A stretch of 64,000 nt of DNA, taken from NCBI GenBank assembly GCA_028826165.1, contig JAPDFW010000063.1:1-64000 (forward strand), given 5' to 3'. The notes beneath the pieces are model-generated. The model ran no database searches, was not told the DNA's origin, and worked only from the letters and a program-made list of their open reading frames with translations. Position 1 is the first letter of the stretch, and every line of letters starts with the position of its first letter. Positions 62,311 through 64,000 of this stretch are shown one piece after another. This stretch comes from Anaeramoeba ignava BMAN. Its lineage: Eukaryota > Protista > Anaeramoebae. The position numbers were made by a program, and so were the translations under genes.

Positions 62311-64000
62311 ATGAAATTTATATTTTTTGGTCAAAATCAATTTCCAATTCTTATCAAAAATGAACCTGATAAAATAACAAAACCAATTCAATTTAAATTT
62401 GAATTTGAAAATGAAAATGAAAATGAAAATGAAAATGAAAAACAAATTAAACAAATTTCATCAGGAAGATTTTCAACAATTTTTCTTTTTGAAAATGGAA
62501 AAGCAATAGAATATTTAACTGAAAAAGATTCAAAACAAAATCCTGAAAAAATCCAAATTGAAAAAAATATTCAAAAAGTAACTGTTGGTGGTGAAAATGA
62601 AGCTATTTTAACAAAAGAAGGAAATGTATTTGCAAAAGGAATAGATATTAATCCACAAAATACAAAAGAATTTATCAATATTTCATCATTAATTGAAGAT
62701 AAAAATGATAGAATAATTAAAGATATTGTTTCTGGAGCTAGTTCAATTTACTTATTAACTTCAAATCAAAATGCCTATGGAATTGGTTCAAATGGATATG
62801 GCCAACTTGGTTTTGATTCTGAAACACTTAAAAAAACAGAAAAACCAATTTTAATAATAAAAAATGTTTCTAAAATATTTTCAGGAAATTCTTCAAAAAA
62901 TATTTTTCTTTTAAATTCAAATCAAGAATTATTTGGATGCGGATGGAATCAATTTGGTCAACTTGGATTAGGAGAATCAAAAAGAGAAAAAAGAGAAATT
63001 CAGAAATTAACCCAAATCCAAAATATTCCAAAAAGTAAAATAATTGATATTCAATGTGGATTATTTCATTCAATAATGCTGATCGAAAATGAAAATGAAA
63101 ATCCAAATCCAAAAAGAAAACTTTATTCATGTGGATATTCTCCATATAATGGACTTGGAACAAATACTTATGAATTTACTGAAATCAAATCATCTTTATT
63201 TGAAAATGATGATATTCTTGATTTTTCTGTTGGATTTGGACATACTTTGATTTTAACATCTAATTCAAAATTAATTGGATTTGGAGATAATTCACATGGT
63301 CAATTAGGAACTGGAAATACATCAAGAACTGATTTAATTCCAATTCAAATTGAACTTCCTAAATTAAGATTTAATGAAAATATTTCCAATTATCATATTT
63401 CTTGTGGAAATTATAGATCATTTCTTTATTATTCTCCTTTTTCTCCTTTTTCCAATCTTGAAGAAGATTTGATAAAATTATTTAAAAGAAAAGAATTTTG
63501 TAATATTTCATTTAAAACCAAAAATGGAGAAATAATTGAAGCTCATAAATTAATATTGAAATATAGATTAAATCAAAATCAAAATCAAATTGAAAAACTT
63601 CAAGAAATTATTTCAAAAAAATCAATTAAAGAATCAAATCAAATATTTGAAATGATTTATTCAAACAATTCAAAAATAAATCCAAAATTATATTCTGAAA
63701 TTAAAGAAATTATAAATTCAAATGAAAAAATAGAAGAAACAATGAAAAGAATTTATTTAAATGAAAATGAAAATGAAAAAGATTTTATAATTGAAAGAAA
63801 AGAAAAACAATATAAATTTCCCAAATTAATATTAATAATGAGAAGTGAATTATATCGAGGAATGTTTTTATCTGTAACAAAAGATAAATCAAATAAAGTT
63901 ACAGATTATAGTGAATTAAGTAATAAATCATTTCAAATATTTGAATATTGGATTTATTCAAATCATATTAAAGAAGGAATTCAAATTACACAAGAAATAA
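62311..64000 (+). CDS. RCC1/BLIP-II repeat protein with C-terminal BTB-like domains (3'-partial)
   Basis: Frame open from 62311 (or ATG 62307 with a 1-nt error) to the window end. GIGSNGYGQLG, GCGWNQFGQLG, IQCGLFHSIML, SVGFGHTLIL...GFGDNSHGQLG; BTB-like RKEFCNISF.....IEAHKLILKYR and DFIIE....YKFPKLILIMRSELYRGMF. Confidence 0.85.
   Translation, partial: MKFIFFGQNQFPILIKNEPDKITKPIQFKFEFENENENENENEKQIKQISSGRFSTIFLFENGKAIEYLTEKDSKQNPEKIQIEKNIQKVTVGGENEAILTKEGNVFAKGIDINPQNTKEFINISSLIEDKNDRIIKDIVSGASSIYLLTSNQNAYGIGSNGYGQLGFDSETLKKTEKPILIIKNVSKIFSGNSSKNIFLLNSNQELFGCGWNQFGQLGLGESKREKREIQKLTQIQNIPKSKIIDIQCGLFHSIMLIENENENPNPKRKLYSCGYSPYNGLGTNTYEFTEIKSSLFENDDILDFSVGFGHTLILTSNSKLIGFGDNSHGQLGTGNTSRTDLIPIQIELPKLRFNENISNYHISCGNYRSFLYYSPFSPFSNLEEDLIKLFKRKEFCNISFKTKNGEIIEAHKLILKYRLNQNQNQIEKLQEIISKKSIKESNQIFEMIYSNNSKINPKLYSEIKEIINSNEKIEETMKRIYLNENENEKDFIIERKEKQYKFPKLILIMRSELYRGMFLSVTKDKSNKVTDYSELSNKSFQIFEYWIYSNHIKEGIQITQEI

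Noticed and set aside
1-64000. Inteins, tRNA or rRNA genes
   Set aside because: No Hint-domain (C...HN-C/S/T) or LAGLIDADG insertions were recognised in the proteins, and no GC-rich structured RNA segments were seen by eye.

Overview
Extremely AT-rich, gene-dense eukaryotic DNA with GT-AG spliceosomal introns and the standard genetic code. Asn/Gln low-complexity tracts, a stand-alone NuoE with an organelle-type presequence, bacterial-like metabolic genes and an RCC1-BTB gene point to an anaerobic protist, plausibly a metamonad such as Anaeramoeba (inference only). About 17 host genes are present: a 5'-truncated RNF213/mysterin-like AAA+ giant, a papain-family protease with its catalytic His replaced, F-box/TMEM185-like, a tandem M20/M28/M42 peptidase, CLPTM1, NuoE, a PP2A-family catalytic subunit, an FHA-formin, an hnRNP-R/Q-like RRM protein, a Leu-dehydrogenase-like protein, a BEACH/WD40 protein, a COG1058/FLAD1-like protein, a PB1(-UBA) protein, RPA2, NUDT5-like, RPS19 and RCC1-BTB. 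There is also a ~6 kb Kolobok-type DNA transposon (TTAA|AGCTCCC...GGGAGCT|TTAA) inserted between the formin ATG and its putative initiator motif. Notable non-coding structure: introns inflated by AT minisatellites that read AAAAT(T) on the sense strand, identical repeat units shared in inverted orientation by neighbouring convergent genes, TTTTCATTTT initiator-like motifs before most ATGs (mirror-symmetric in ~100-bp bidirectional promoters), and frequent AAG acceptors lacking polypyrimidine tracts. Several single-base frameshifts in homopolymers are probably consensus errors. Exon boundaries were read by eye.
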